NCBI GenBank assembly: GCA_038108875.1
Contig: JAYNII010000002.1
Coordinates: 33,388 to 97,387 of the forward strand
Origin: Gammaproteobacteria bacterium
GTDB lineage: Bacteria > Pseudomonadota > Gammaproteobacteria > Magnimaribacterales > D2472
Direction: 5' to 3'
DNA length: 64,000 nucleotides
A program made the translations under genes and the position numbers. Of this stretch, positions 63,173-64,000 are shown one piece after another. The notes under the pieces were generated by a model. It was not told where the DNA came from and searched no databases. It saw only the letters and a list, made by a program, of their open reading frames with translations. Numbering within the stretch: the stretch's first letter is position 1; the number at the start of each line of letters is the position of its first letter.

Positions 63173-64000
63173 TAGTTGTTTCTTAGCCACCCGAAAGCTT
63201 TTTGAAATAAAGATGTGTTTTGCTCGAGAGCATATCCTTGTTTAAGTCTATCAAAACCATATCCCAACAATCCTAATGAAGTAGCATAAATAGGATTTTT
63301 TAAAATTGATTCCATACCAGTAAAGTTTTCTGGGTTACCAAGGCGGACACTGGTTTGAAAAATTGATTCAGCTAATTCGATAGCTCCTTCAATCTGGGAG
63401 GTTCCTCCAGTTAAAACAATTCCAGCAGGTATCTTATTTTCAAATCCATTTCTTTCAATTTCTGCCTTAACAAGCTCAAAAAGCTCGACATATCTCGGTT
63501 CAATTATTTCAGCTAGCGCTCTTCTAGAAAGATCCCTGGGAGGCCTTCCTCCAACTCCAGGAACAGCAATTACTTCATCATCTTTTGTAAAGTCTGAAAC
63601 TGCACATCCATACTTCTGTTTGATTTCTTCGGCTTGAGGAGTTGGGGTTCGCAGAGCAACTGCTATATCACTTGTAACTTGATCTCCAGCAATTGGAATA
63701 ACGCCTGTAAAAGTTATTGAACCATTATTAAAGATTGCAATATCTGTGGTTCCTCCTCCAATATCTACAATACAGACACCCAGTTCCTTCTCATCGCCTG
63801 ATAAGACTGAATAAGAACTCGCTAATTGCTCCAATACAAAACCATCTATACTAAGACCACTCCTTTTGACGCATTTCTCTATGTTTTGTATGGCATTGGC
63901 AGCACATGTTACGAGATGAACATGAGATTCCAACCTTACTCCAGACATGCCCAAAGGCTCTCTAATGCCATCCTGGTCATCAATTACAAACTCCTGAGGT
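63169..64000 (-). CDS. ftsA: Cell division protein FtsA (3' portion; 5' end lies beyond the window)
   Basis: Collinear with E. coli FtsA: PQEFVIDDQDGIREPLGMSGVRLE, VDIGGGTTDIAIF, GIVLTGGTSQIEG, and a C-terminal amphipathic tail FQKAFGWLRNNY. The frame stays open to position 64000, so the ORF-track TTG at 63954 is not the start. Confidence 0.9.
   Translation of the reverse strand, partial: PQEFVIDDQDGIREPLGMSGVRLESHVHLVTCAANAIQNIEKCVKRSGLSIDGFVLEQLASSYSVLSGDEKELGVCIVDIGGGTTDIAIFNNGSITFTGVIPIAGDQVTSDIAVALRTPTPQAEEIKQKYGCAVSDFTKDDEVIAVPGVGGRPPRDLSRRALAEIIEPRYVELFELVKAEIERNGFENKIPAGIVLTGGTSQIEGAIELAESIFQTSVRLGNPENFTGMESILKNPIYATSLGLLGYGFDRLKQGYALEQNTSLFQKAFGWLRNNY

Overview
This window is AT-rich, by eye about one-third G+C (not computed). 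It is very densely packed core chromosome of a gammaproteobacterium-like organism with a streamlined genome. I can support about 70 protein genes and one tRNA-Lys(UUU). I see no rRNA, CRISPR array, IS element, integrase, prophage or defence-island signature.

Gene content is housekeeping:
- msrB and yhhQ.
- A tightly coupled operon of two acyl-CoA ligases, an LLM oxidoreductase and selO.
- pdxB, norM and the full sdhCDAB-sucAB-lpdA-sucCD TCA cluster.
- der-bamB-yfgM-hisS-ispG-rodZ-rlmN-ndk.
- iscRSUA-fdx-iscX, then purC-bamC-dapA, bcp, perM and bepA.
- cpoB-pal-tolBARQ-ybgC, yebC, aspS and proS.
- A thiolase, recA with a perfect SOS box, and fdxA.
- nlpD-DUF368-pcm-surE-ispDF-ftsB-eno-kdsA-pyrG.
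- A diiron protein, alr-dnaB-rplI-rpsR-rpsF, and the 3' part of ftsA.

Gene order closely follows the Pseudomonas-type order as I recall it. This makes several local gaps and replacements stand out. I did not find a clear multi-gene novel system. The most interesting candidates are:
1. A 139-aa Hjc-like PD-(D/E)xK nuclease sits exactly where ruvC-ruvA-ruvB is expected, between yebC and ybgC-tol.
2. The isc operon lacks hscBA.
3. nlpD, fdxA and recA are adjacent, with no rpoS, mutS or recX.
4. ftsA is followed by the rpsF operon instead of ftsZ.
5. ProRS lacks the INS editing domain.
6. ispD and ispF are fused.
7. An orphan AurF/R2-like diiron protein is present.
8. A TLC-like transporter lies next to tRNA-Lys.

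All family calls come from motif recognition by eye. No database search was run.
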